Of a stretch of 64,000 nucleotides of DNA, positions 39,793-50,100 are shown one piece after another. Origin of the DNA: Halarcobacter sp. (GTDB taxonomy: Bacteria > Campylobacterota > Campylobacteria > Campylobacterales > Arcobacteraceae); the NCBI GenBank assembly GCA_048571215.1, contig CP182352.1, positions 2,240,001 to 2,304,000 on the forward strand. The letters are read 5' to 3'. Both the position numbers and the translations under genes were made by a program. Under the pieces are notes generated by a model that made no database searches, had not been told where the DNA came from, and saw nothing but the letters and a program-made list of their open reading frames with translations. Position 1 is the stretch's first letter. The number at the start of each line of letters is the position of its first letter.

Positions 39793-42462
39793 ATGACTAA
39801 ATATAATTTTACATTAGAGTTTAAAAATGGAATATTTATAAATTTAGAATTGATAAATAAATGGTTTGATTTATTTCAAATTAAAACAAAAGCTTACGAT
39901 TCTAAAGATCTTAATGAAATATTTTCAAATAAGATTTTAGAACTTTTTTCTAGTTTAATGGAAACAATCAATATACCATTATTTAATGTAGGAAAAATTA
40001 CTCAAATAATTGAAAATGAAACTACATTACAAATAAATCTTTCTTTAAATAAAATTGAATATATACCAAAAGATATTTATACTCAAGTTCTCAATATAAG
40101 TGTAAATTTAATTATTGATTATTTTCAAAAAGAGATTACTACTGAAACTAAAAAAAATGTTTTTGATTGTGTTCAAAGTCAATTAATAAATCCTTTAAAT
40201 AACATTTCAAGTTCTGGAAAATCAACAATTCCTTTTTTAAAGGTAGTTTTTGAAAAAAACATTCCTTTTGAACATCTTGCTAATGGTATTTATCAGTTAG
40301 GTTGGGGAGCTAAAACAAGACTTTTTAATAGAAGTATTGTTGATAGTGATTCAGCAATAGGAAGTCAAATATCACAAAACAAAATTGCTACAGCTCAAAT
40401 GTTAAAGTATTTAGGACTTCCTTTTTCAAATCATATCGTAGTTACCACTGAAAAAGAGGCTTTAGAAGCTTCGAAAATATTAACATATCCCTTGGTTGTT
40501 AAGCCTTCAGATAAAAATAGAGATGAGGGTGTTTTTATAGATATTATGGATGAAAAAACTTTTTTAAAGGCTTTTAATGAAGTACTTTTTTTATCAATAA
40601 ATAAACAAGTCATTATTGAAAAACAAGTTTTAGGAGTTTGTCATAGGGTATTTATAGTAAAAAATAGATTACTTTATGCTGTAAAAAAATTGCCAATATA
40701 TATTAAAGGCGATGGTAAAAAAACTATATCTCAGTTAATTGATTACGAAAATAGTTTACTAGAAAATATTCCTCCTTGGAAAAGAACTTTTTATTATCCA
40801 AAAGATAAATTGACCTTAGAAGTTTTACAATCAAATAATATGGATTTTGAAACTATTTTAGAAAAAGGGGAAATTGCAAATTTAAGAAAAATAGAATCTA
40901 CACAATGGGGTGGAATAGATGAAGATGTAACATCATCTGTACATCAAGATAATATTGAAATAGCTATAAAAGCTGCGAGGGCTTTTAATCTTGACGTTGC
41001 AGGTATTGATATAATAAGTCCTGATATAAATAAACCTTGGCATGAAAATGGTGCAATAATAAATGAAATTAATTTCTCACCACTTTTAGGAGGTGGTGAT
41101 ATATCAAAAAAATCTATCCCTACTTTTATAGATACTTTCTTTAAAGACAACGGACGTATTCCAATTAGTGTATTTATAGGAGAAAATTCATTAGATAAAG
41201 TATTTGAAATACAAAAGAATATGTTTAAAAGTGGTAATAATGTTTTTGTTGTGTCTGATGAGGGATGCTTTAATCCAGATGGTTCGATATATAATATAAA
41301 CTTAAAGAATCACTATGCTAAATGTAAAGCACTACTAGCTGATAAAAGAGTAGAGTCTTTGATAATATCATCAAAAATTGACCCTTTTTTTAATGGTGAC
41401 CTTCCAATAGATAAGATTGATAATCTAGAGTTCTTTTCAAATACATCTAATACATGGAAAAATTTAGGAGAAAATATTTTAAGTGAAGATTATCATAATA
41501 TAATCAATGATTTTCTTCAAAAGAGTAAAGACCCCTTTTTTTATTTTAATCAAGGAAATTGTTTAAAGGAAAGTGGAAATTTTGTATATGCTAAAGAGGC
41601 ATATTTAAAAACAATAAATATAAATTCAAATCTTCTTGAGGTATATAATAATCTAGCAGTTACCCATCTAAGGTTAAAAGATTTACCTAGTGCTATTAAA
41701 GAGTATAGAAAAGCTGTAGAGCTACTTTTAAAAATAGATATATCAAAAATACCCCCACAAGAAATAATAAAATTTGATACAAAACATTTTGAACCAATTT
41801 TATATGAGACATTAGTTTTATTAGCAAAAAATTATATAAAAGCTTTTCCAACTTCAGGAACACTACTTGGCTTAGAGCGAGAAGGGGGATTGTTACCTTT
41901 TGATAAAGATATAGATATTGGTTTACCTTTTGAACAGATGAATGAAGCTACTATTTGTTTAGTTAAAAATGGATGGGAAGAGATTGAAGATTCATTTGGC
42001 TTGATTAACCCAAAAGCTTTTTTACATAAAAAATCTGGTTTGACTTTAGATATAGTTGGTTTTAAAAAAGATACTAATTCAAAAAAGGTTTTTGGTGGCT
42101 TATGGGTTGATGGTATTGCTGATAATCAACAAAGAATCACAGAGCATAATAATATGGAATTAAAAGAGATTCAATATCCATGTGGTTTGGGATGGGCATT
42201 AAAAGATTCTATTTCATGGCTTGTTTCAATATATGGAGAAAATTGGTGTATACCTGATAAAGGTTTTGATACGGTACTTGAAGCAAAAAATATAAAATCA
42301 TTTTCTTTACTTGTTCAGTATTATGGATATTCAAAAATTATTTTGTATTTTACTCAAAGAAAATTTGATAAATTAAATAGAACAATTAGCCTTTTTAGAG
42401 ACTATTTTCCTGATGATACTCTTTTTATAAAATTACAAAGGTATTTAAAAAATGAAAAATAG
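39793..42462 (+). CDS. Fusion protein: cyanophycin-synthetase-like ATP-grasp + TPR + LicD-family nucleotidyltransferase
   Basis: N-terminal part: YQLGWG, YPLVVKP, GDGKKTISQLI, AGIDIISPDINKPWHENGAIINEINFSP, GRIPI; two TPRs from about residue 580; GTLLGLEREGGLLPFDKDIDIG from about residue 689. Confidence 0.85.
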   Translation: MTKYNFTLEFKNGIFINLELINKWFDLFQIKTKAYDSKDLNEIFSNKILELFSSLMETINIPLFNVGKITQIIENETTLQINLSLNKIEYIPKDIYTQVLNISVNLIIDYFQKEITTETKKNVFDCVQSQLINPLNNISSSGKSTIPFLKVVFEKNIPFEHLANGIYQLGWGAKTRLFNRSIVDSDSAIGSQISQNKIATAQMLKYLGLPFSNHIVVTTEKEALEASKILTYPLVVKPSDKNRDEGVFIDIMDEKTFLKAFNEVLFLSINKQVIIEKQVLGVCHRVFIVKNRLLYAVKKLPIYIKGDGKKTISQLIDYENSLLENIPPWKRTFYYPKDKLTLEVLQSNNMDFETILEKGEIANLRKIESTQWGGIDEDVTSSVHQDNIEIAIKAARAFNLDVAGIDIISPDINKPWHENGAIINEINFSPLLGGGDISKKSIPTFIDTFFKDNGRIPISVFIGENSLDKVFEIQKNMFKSGNNVFVVSDEGCFNPDGSIYNINLKNHYAKCKALLADKRVESLIISSKIDPFFNGDLPIDKIDNLEFFSNTSNTWKNLGENILSEDYHNIINDFLQKSKDPFFYFNQGNCLKESGNFVYAKEAYLKTININSNLLEVYNNLAVTHLRLKDLPSAIKEYRKAVELLLKIDISKIPPQEIIKFDTKHFEPILYETLVLLAKNYIKAFPTSGTLLGLEREGGLLPFDKDIDIGLPFEQMNEATICLVKNGWEEIEDSFGLINPKAFLHKKSGLTLDIVGFKKDTNSKKVFGGLWVDGIADNQQRITEHNNMELKEIQYPCGLGWALKDSISWLVSIYGENWCIPDKGFDTVLEAKNIKSFSLLVQYYGYSKIILYFTQRKFDKLNRTISLFRDYFPDDTLFIKLQRYLKNEK

Positions 42463-42889
42463 AAATATTTTAGTAATGGGAGTTTTTGATCTTTTTCATG
42501 TAGGTCATTTAAGATATTTAGAGTATTCTAAAAATCAAGGAAACTCTTTGATTGTTGGAGTTCTTAGTGATAAATCATGTCTAAAAATAAAAAGTAAAAA
42601 GCCCATCATCTCACAAGATCAAAGAATGGAAATAGTTAAAAGTTTAAAATGTGTTAATAGTGTTGTATCTCTACCTGATGAAAATATTTTAAAAGATGAA
42701 GTAAAACTTTTAGAATGGATTAATAATTTAAATATCAATGCAGTTGTAGTTAGTAAGGAGTGGGAAGGTTCCACTAAATGGGAAAAAAGAGTGCCCCTGT
42801 TTAAACAAAATGGCATAGATATTATTTATGCTCCTCATACAAATGGAATCTCAACTAGTGAAATAATGAATAGGATTTTATTAAAATAA
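42452..42889 (+). CDS. Cytidylyltransferase (TagD / glycerol-3-phosphate cytidylyltransferase-like)
   Basis: GVFDLFHVGH, LIVGV, HTNGISTS; overlaps the previous stop codon. Confidence 0.9.
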   Translation: MKNRNILVMGVFDLFHVGHLRYLEYSKNQGNSLIVGVLSDKSCLKIKSKKPIISQDQRMEIVKSLKCVNSVVSLPDENILKDEVKLLEWINNLNINAVVVSKEWEGSTKWEKRVPLFKQNGIDIIYAPHTNGISTSEIMNRILLK

Positions 42890-43049
42890 TGAAAAATATG
42901 TAAAATAAAAATAGATTTTCTACTTAAATATGATATTATATAAAATAGTTATATAAAGATAAAGTATCTTAAATTATAAGTGTTAGTTTTTATAAAGATA
43001 GTAAGATTTTCTTTTATTGAATCTTATGATAATGAAAGAGAGAAGATAT

Positions 43050-44111
43050 ATGATAAATTGTAATCAGCCTTTTTTATTTAGATATGACCCAGAAGTATTA
43101 GATATTTTTGAAAAGAACTCTATAAGTTTAGTTATTTCAACCTATCAAATAGGAAAAGTTATTATTTTAAGTGCTGAAAATGGAAAAATTGTGCAATTAC
43201 CAAGAACTTTTGAAGGTGTAATGGGTATATCATGTGATGATGAAACAATTAGTATTGCTACAAAAGATGAAGTTATAGTATGTCAAAACTCTACTGAGTT
43301 AGCTAAAACATATCCTCCATCATCAAATAAATATGATGCAATGTATATTCCTCAAGCTAAATACTACACTGGTGAATTAGCAATGCATGATATTTCATAT
43401 ACAAAAGATGGTTTAATTGGAATAAATACAAGATTTTCTTGTTTAGTCAAAATAGATGACAAGTTTAATTTTACTCCAATTTGGAAGCCATATTTTATAA
43501 ATAAATTTGAACCAATTGATGCTTGTCATTTAAATGGAATGGCTGTTGAAAATGACGAAATTTTATATGCTACAGCTTTTGGTAAAACTTCCACTTCTGA
43601 AGGATGGAGAAAAAACAAATATGATTCTGGACTTTTAATAGATGTTAAAAAAAATAAAATTCTTTTAAGTGATTTAAGTATGCCACATTCTCCTAGAGTT
43701 TATAAGAATTTTATTTATCTTACTGAATCAGCTAAAGGTGAACTTATTAAAATCAATAGAAAAACTTTAAAAAAAGAAGTTTTATGTTCACTGCCAGGTT
43801 TCACAAGAGGTATAGATATAAGAGGTGAACTTTTATTTCTTGGTATGTCAAAATTTAGAGAAGATCATTTATATGGAGATGCTCCAATTTTGAAAAAATA
43901 TGATAGTTTGAAGTCAGGAGTAGCAATATTCCATTTACCAACAAATACTCTAATTGGTGTAATTGAATATATTAATACCGTAAGAGAAATATATGATGTA
44001 AAAACTCTATCACATATTAGACCAAATATCTTAAATACAAATGATTCAAAATTTAAATTATCATTGTCAACACCAGAATTCACATATTGGGGAGAAAAAA
44101 ATGAATTTTAA
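43050..44111 (+). CDS. TIGR03032 / DUF4915-like protein
   Basis: STYQIGK, YYTGELAMHD, NTRFSCL, DACHLNG, LSMPHSPR, LPGFTRG, EIYDV; start taken at MINCNQ. Confidence 0.85.
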   Translation: MINCNQPFLFRYDPEVLDIFEKNSISLVISTYQIGKVIILSAENGKIVQLPRTFEGVMGISCDDETISIATKDEVIVCQNSTELAKTYPPSSNKYDAMYIPQAKYYTGELAMHDISYTKDGLIGINTRFSCLVKIDDKFNFTPIWKPYFINKFEPIDACHLNGMAVENDEILYATAFGKTSTSEGWRKNKYDSGLLIDVKKNKILLSDLSMPHSPRVYKNFIYLTESAKGELIKINRKTLKKEVLCSLPGFTRGIDIRGELLFLGMSKFREDHLYGDAPILKKYDSLKSGVAIFHLPTNTLIGVIEYINTVREIYDVKTLSHIRPNILNTNDSKFKLSLSTPEFTYWGEKNEF

Positions 44112-47100
44112 AAACAAAACTATATCAAAAATTGTTAGTAATATTTTATTTAAGGATATGAATAAGAATATTTTAACAATCATGTCCACCGGTATAATAG
44201 TCACTTCATTAAGTGCAAATGGTCCCTTTGTATCGGGAACTAATCCTTTATCCTCAGTATCATACTCCCAACAAACTGCACCTACCTTTGGAGATTTAGA
44301 TGGAGATGGAGATTTAGATGCTTTAATTGGAGCATGGGATGGTAAGCTATATTACTACATAAATAATGGAACTAAAAAATCTCCCTCTTTTAGTTCTTCT
44401 ACTATGCCAAGTGGTTTACCTAGTACTTATGCTGGTCTTACTCAAATGCCTGCTATTGGGGATATAGATAATGATGGTGATTTTGATGTAGCTATAGCAA
44501 GACAAGAGACTAATACTACAGCTTCAAGTTCTATAGTTTATTATAAAAATAATGGGGATGGTACATTTAGTTCTTTTTCCCCCTCAGGATTACCTACTTC
44601 AACTGGAGAGAAATGGGGAACACTTACTTTTGCCGATGTTGATCAAGATGGAGATCAAGACTTATTTATGGCTCATGGAAAAGGTGGCGGTCTATCTTAT
44701 TATAAAAATAATGGTAGTGGAAATTTTTCAACTGCTACAGCTCCTTCAGGAATGCCTTCTGGTGTTTCTTATCCAATATTTACCTTTGGTGATGTAGATG
44801 GAGATGGTGATTTAGATATGTTTCATGGTGAATATAAAAATACAGAGATAGAGTATTATCGAAATAATAGTGGTACTTTTAATCTTGTAGCCCTTAATAC
44901 AGCTTTTCCTTCTTCTGACTTAACAAATCCTGGTACAAGTTCTACTCCATGGTTAATGCCTAATTTGGTTGATATAGATAATGATGGAGATTTAGATCTT
45001 TTTATTGGTAACTATGCAAAAGCTGGAAATAATGTTGGAATTATTTATAGAGAAAATAGTGCAACATCATTATCTTCAATATCTCCAAGTGATAATAGTA
45101 CGAATGTTTCAATCGATACTAACCTTGTGCTTACTTTTTCAAGTGCAGTCAATGTTAATAGTGGGAATATTTATATTAAAAAAACATCAGACAATACATT
45201 AGTAGAAACTATAGATGTAACATCTGGACAAGTTACAGGTTCGGGAAGTACTACTATTACTATTAATCCATCATCAGATTTAAGTAATGGTATAGAATAT
45301 TATGTATTAACAGATTCTACAGCCTTTATAAATGCATCTACAAGTAGTGCTGTAACTGGAATAAGTGATACAAAATTTTGGAGTTTTACAACAGTATCTG
45401 CACCTTCAACCGACTCAGACACAACACTAACAGCCTCAGCAACAGTTACAGAACCTGTAAGTTTATCAACTACAGTTGATACAGTTGGTGAAGCTGTAGA
45501 TTTATTTGATTTTACTATCACTGATGGTGGAAGTGGTGACACTTTATCAACAGATATATCTCAAATAGTTTTAAATACTTCTGGAACTGGTGATTTTAGT
45601 AAAGTAACATGGAGACTAAATGGACCTGATGCTACAAATGTAACAGGTGCTTATAACTCTAGTACAAACACTATTACTTTTAGTGGTTTATCTTTATCAA
45701 TTACAGATGGAGGAAATGAAACATATACTGTAAATGGGTATTTTAATAATAACACAGGTCTTACAGAAGATCAAACTTTTATACTAAGTGTAGATGGGGA
45801 TACTGATTTAACACTTGATGCTTCTAAAACACAGATGACAGGTTCAAATAATCCAATCACAAATGGTGGTGGAACTACAGTAGATGTTACAGCTACAAAA
45901 CTTACTTTTTCTACTGAACCATCTACAACAGTTGTTAGTGGAAGTACATTTTCAACTCAGCCAGTTATAAAAGCTGTAGATGAATCTGGCAATGTAGATA
46001 TAGATTTTAGTTCAAATATTATTTTAAGTGAGAATGGAGCTGGTTCATTAGGTGGAACAACTACAGTTGTAGCTTCTTCTGGTGTTGTAACTTTTTCAGG
46101 AATCTCTTATAATGCAGTTTCAGATTCTGATTCAAACTTCACAATCACAGCATCAGCAACAGGCTTAACATCTGACACATCAAATAGTATTAATCCAGAT
46201 GTAGTAGCCACAAAACTTGTATTTACAACACAACCAAGCCCAACTTCACTTCAAAATAGCGTACAAACAGACTTTGTTACAGACCCAGTAGTGGAAGCAA
46301 GAGATGCAAATGATATTTTAGATATTGATTATTATAATTCAGTAACTATCTCTGAAAATGGTGCAGGGACAGGAAGTTTTACAAATAACTCTACGAATGC
46401 TAGTGGAGGGGTTGCAACATTTACAGGACTTACTCTTTCTCATAATGCAGATGAAACATTTAAGTTAGTTGCTACAGGTGGAGATAGTATTTCAGGAACT
46501 AGTTCAAATCTTACAGTTACTTCAAATAATGCTCCAGTAACAACACTTCCAAGTGCACCAACTATCCATGAAGATGCAACAAATGTAGCCTTTGCCAATA
46601 CAATACAAATAACAGATGGGGATAGTGATAATCAAACAGTTACCCTAAGTGCTACAAATGGAACATTAAGCTTAACTCCAACTGGACTAAGTTTTACAAC
46701 AGGTGACGGTACAGATGATGCAACTATGACCTTTAGTGGAACCTTAGCAGCAGTAAATACAGCACTAGATTCATTAACATTTAGTCCAACTGCAGACTAT
46801 GATGGGAGTGCATCTTTAAGAGTTCAAACAAATGATGGAAATGGTGGAACGGATGATGATACATTAAATTTATCAGTTTTAAATGCACCAGAGATTACAA
46901 GTATAGTAAGAGGAACACCAAGTTCACAAAATACAAATGCAGATTCTTTAACATTTTATGTATACCTAGATAGTAATATAACAACAGATGCAACAGCAGC
47001 AGATTTTCAAGTTATCGGAACAACAACAGCAACAGTTACAAGTGTTACAAGACAAAGTATATATTATGAAGTAGTAGTTTCTGGTGGAAATCTAGCTTCA

Positions 47101-50100
47101 TTTAATGGAAGTGTTGGATTAAAGTTTGTAGATGATAATAGTGTACTAGATTCAAATGGTGTACCAATAGGTGGTGATGGAATTGACCACTTTACAACAG
47201 GTGAAACATATACAGTTGATAATACAGCACCAACTACAATAATATCAAATATAGACATAAGTGCAGATACAGGTACAAGCTCAACAGACTTTTTAACAAA
47301 AACAGCAAGCCAAACTATAACTGCAACCCTTTCAACTGCACTTGCAGGAGGTGAAGTATTATATGGTTCTATAGATGGTGGAAGTAATTGGATAGATATC
47401 ACTTCAAAAGTATCTGGCTCAGCAATCTCTTGGGATGGAGCAACACTAAGTGGAACAAACTCAATAAAACTTAAAGTAACAGATGCAGCAGGAAATGATG
47501 GATCAATAGCTACTCAAAGTTATACTATAGATACCTCTGCTCCAACAGCAAACCTAACAAGTGCAACAGATAATGTAGGAAGTGTAACAGGAGGATTAAG
47601 CTCAGGAGATACAACTGATGATACAAGTTTATTATTAGCAGGTACTAATGAATCAGGTTCAACAGTAAAAGTATATAATGGAACAACTCTTCTTGGAACT
47701 GCAACAGTTACTGGAACATCTTGGACTTATAGTGCTACTATTGCAGATGGTACAACTTATCAATTTAATGTAAAAGAAACAGATAGTGCTGGAAATGAAA
47801 GTACTGCTACTTCTAACTTTACTGTTATTGGTGATACCTCTGCTCCAACAGCAAACCTAACAAGTGCAACAGATAATGTAGGAAGTGTAACAGGAGGATT
47901 AAGCTCAGGAGATACAACTGATGATACAAGTTTATTATTAGCAGGTACTAATGAATCAGGTTCAACAGTAAAAGTATATAATGGAACAACTCTTCTTGGA
48001 ACTGCAACAGTTACTGGAACATCTTGGACTTATAGTGCTACTATTGCAGATGGTACAACTTATCAATTTAATGTAAAAGAAACAGATAGTGCTGGAAATG
48101 AAAGTACTGCTACTTCTAACTTTACTGTTATTGGTGATACCTCTGCTCCAACAGCAAACCTAACAAGTGCAACAGATAATGTAGGAAGTGTAACAGGAGG
48201 ATTAAGTTCAGGAGATACAACTGATGATACAAGTTTATTATTAGCAGGTACTAATGAATCAGGTTCAACAGTAAAAGTATATAATGGAACAACTCTTCTT
48301 GGAACTGCAACAGTTAGTGGAACATCTTGGACTTATAGTGCTACTATTGCAGATGGTACAACTTATCAATTTAATGTAAAAGAAACAGATAGTGCTGGAA
48401 ATGAAAGTACTGCTACTTCTAACTTTACTGTTATTGGTGATACCTCTGCTCCAACAGCAAACCTAACAAGTGCAACAGATAATGTAGGAAGTGTAACAGG
48501 AGGATTAAGCTCAGGAGATACAACTGATGATACAAGTTTATTATTAGCAGGTACTAATGAATCAGGTTCAACAGTAAAAGTATATAATGGAACAACTCTT
48601 CTTGGAACTGCAACAGTTACTGGAACATCTTGGACTTATAGCGCTACTATTGCAGATGGTACAACTTATCAATTTAATGTAAAAGAAACAGATAGTGCTG
48701 GAAATGAAAGTACTGCTACTTCTAACTTTACTGTTATTGGTGATACCTCTGCTCCAACTATTGCAATAACAAGTGATAAAGATGCACTAAAAGCAGGAGA
48801 AACAGCAACAATCACCTTTACCTTAAGTGAAGCAAGTAGTAACTTTGCAAGTGATGATGTAAGTGTAAGTGGAGGAACATTAACAAACTTTAGTGGAAGT
48901 GGAACAAGCTATACAGCAACCTTTACTCCAACTGCAGACTCAACAACTAATGGAACAATTGATATAGCAAGTTCTAAGTTTACTGATGCAGCAGGAAATA
49001 ATAATAGTGCTGCAACTCAAAAATCTATAACAATAGATACAGTAGTGCCAAGTGTAACAATAAGTTCAAGTTCAGATTCACTAAAAGCAGGAGAAACAGC
49101 AACAATCACCTTTACCTTAAGTGAAGCAAGTAGTAACTTTGCAAGTGATGATGTAAGTGTAAGTGGAGGAACATTAACAAACTTTAGTGGAAGTGGAACA
49201 AGCTATACAGCAACCTTTACACCAACTGCAGACTCAACAACTAATGGAACAATTGATATAGCAAGTTCTAAGTTTACTGATGCAGCAGGAAATAATAATA
49301 GTGCTGCAACTCAAAAATCTATAACAATAGATACAGTAGTGCCAAGTGTAACAATAAGTTCAAGTTCAAATGCACTAAAAGCAGGAGAGACAGCAACAAT
49401 CACCTTTACCTTAAGTGAAGCAAGTAGTAACTTTGCAAGTGATGATGTAAGTGTAAGTGGAGGAACATTAACAAACTTTAGTGGAAGTGGAACAAGCTAT
49501 ACAGCAACCTTTACACCAACTGCAGACTCAACAACTAATGGAACAATTGATATAGCAAGTTCTAAGTTTACTGATGCAGCAGGGAATAATAATAGCGCTG
49601 CAACTCAAAAAGTAATAACAATTGATAGTGAAATTCCTTCTGTAGTTATAACAACAGATAAAAATAGTGCAATAAATGGTGAAGTAGTAAACCTAAGCTT
49701 TGCCCTAAGTGAAGATAGTTCAGATTTCACAGTTGATGATATAACAGTATCTGGTGGAACAATAGATAACTTTGAACAAGATAATACAAATTCAAAATTG
49801 TATACAGCAAAACTAACAATAGATAATACTACCACCACAAAAACCACTTTAGATATAAGTGCAAGTAAGTTTGAAGATGCAGCAGGAAACCCAAATAATG
49901 TAGCTTTACAAAAAACTATTACAATCTTGCCAAGTGTATTAACATATACTCCAAGCTTAGATGCAACAGATATAGAACTAGATTCAACATTAGTATTAGA
50001 GTTTAGTGAAAAGTTAAATAAAGGTACTGGAAATATTCTTATAAAAAGATATAGTGATGATAATGTAGTTGAAACAATTGATGTAACAGGTACAAATGTA

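Noticed and set aside
39793..41200. Calling the 889-aa gene cyanophycin synthetase (cphA)
   Set aside because: The Mur-ligase P-loop is absent, the C-terminus is TPR + LicD, and there is no cyanophycinase neighbour
47530..49610. Long regular repeats considered as a CRISPR array or mobile element
   Set aside because: The units are in-frame ~300-bp coding domains without unique spacers, and no cas or transposase genes are present
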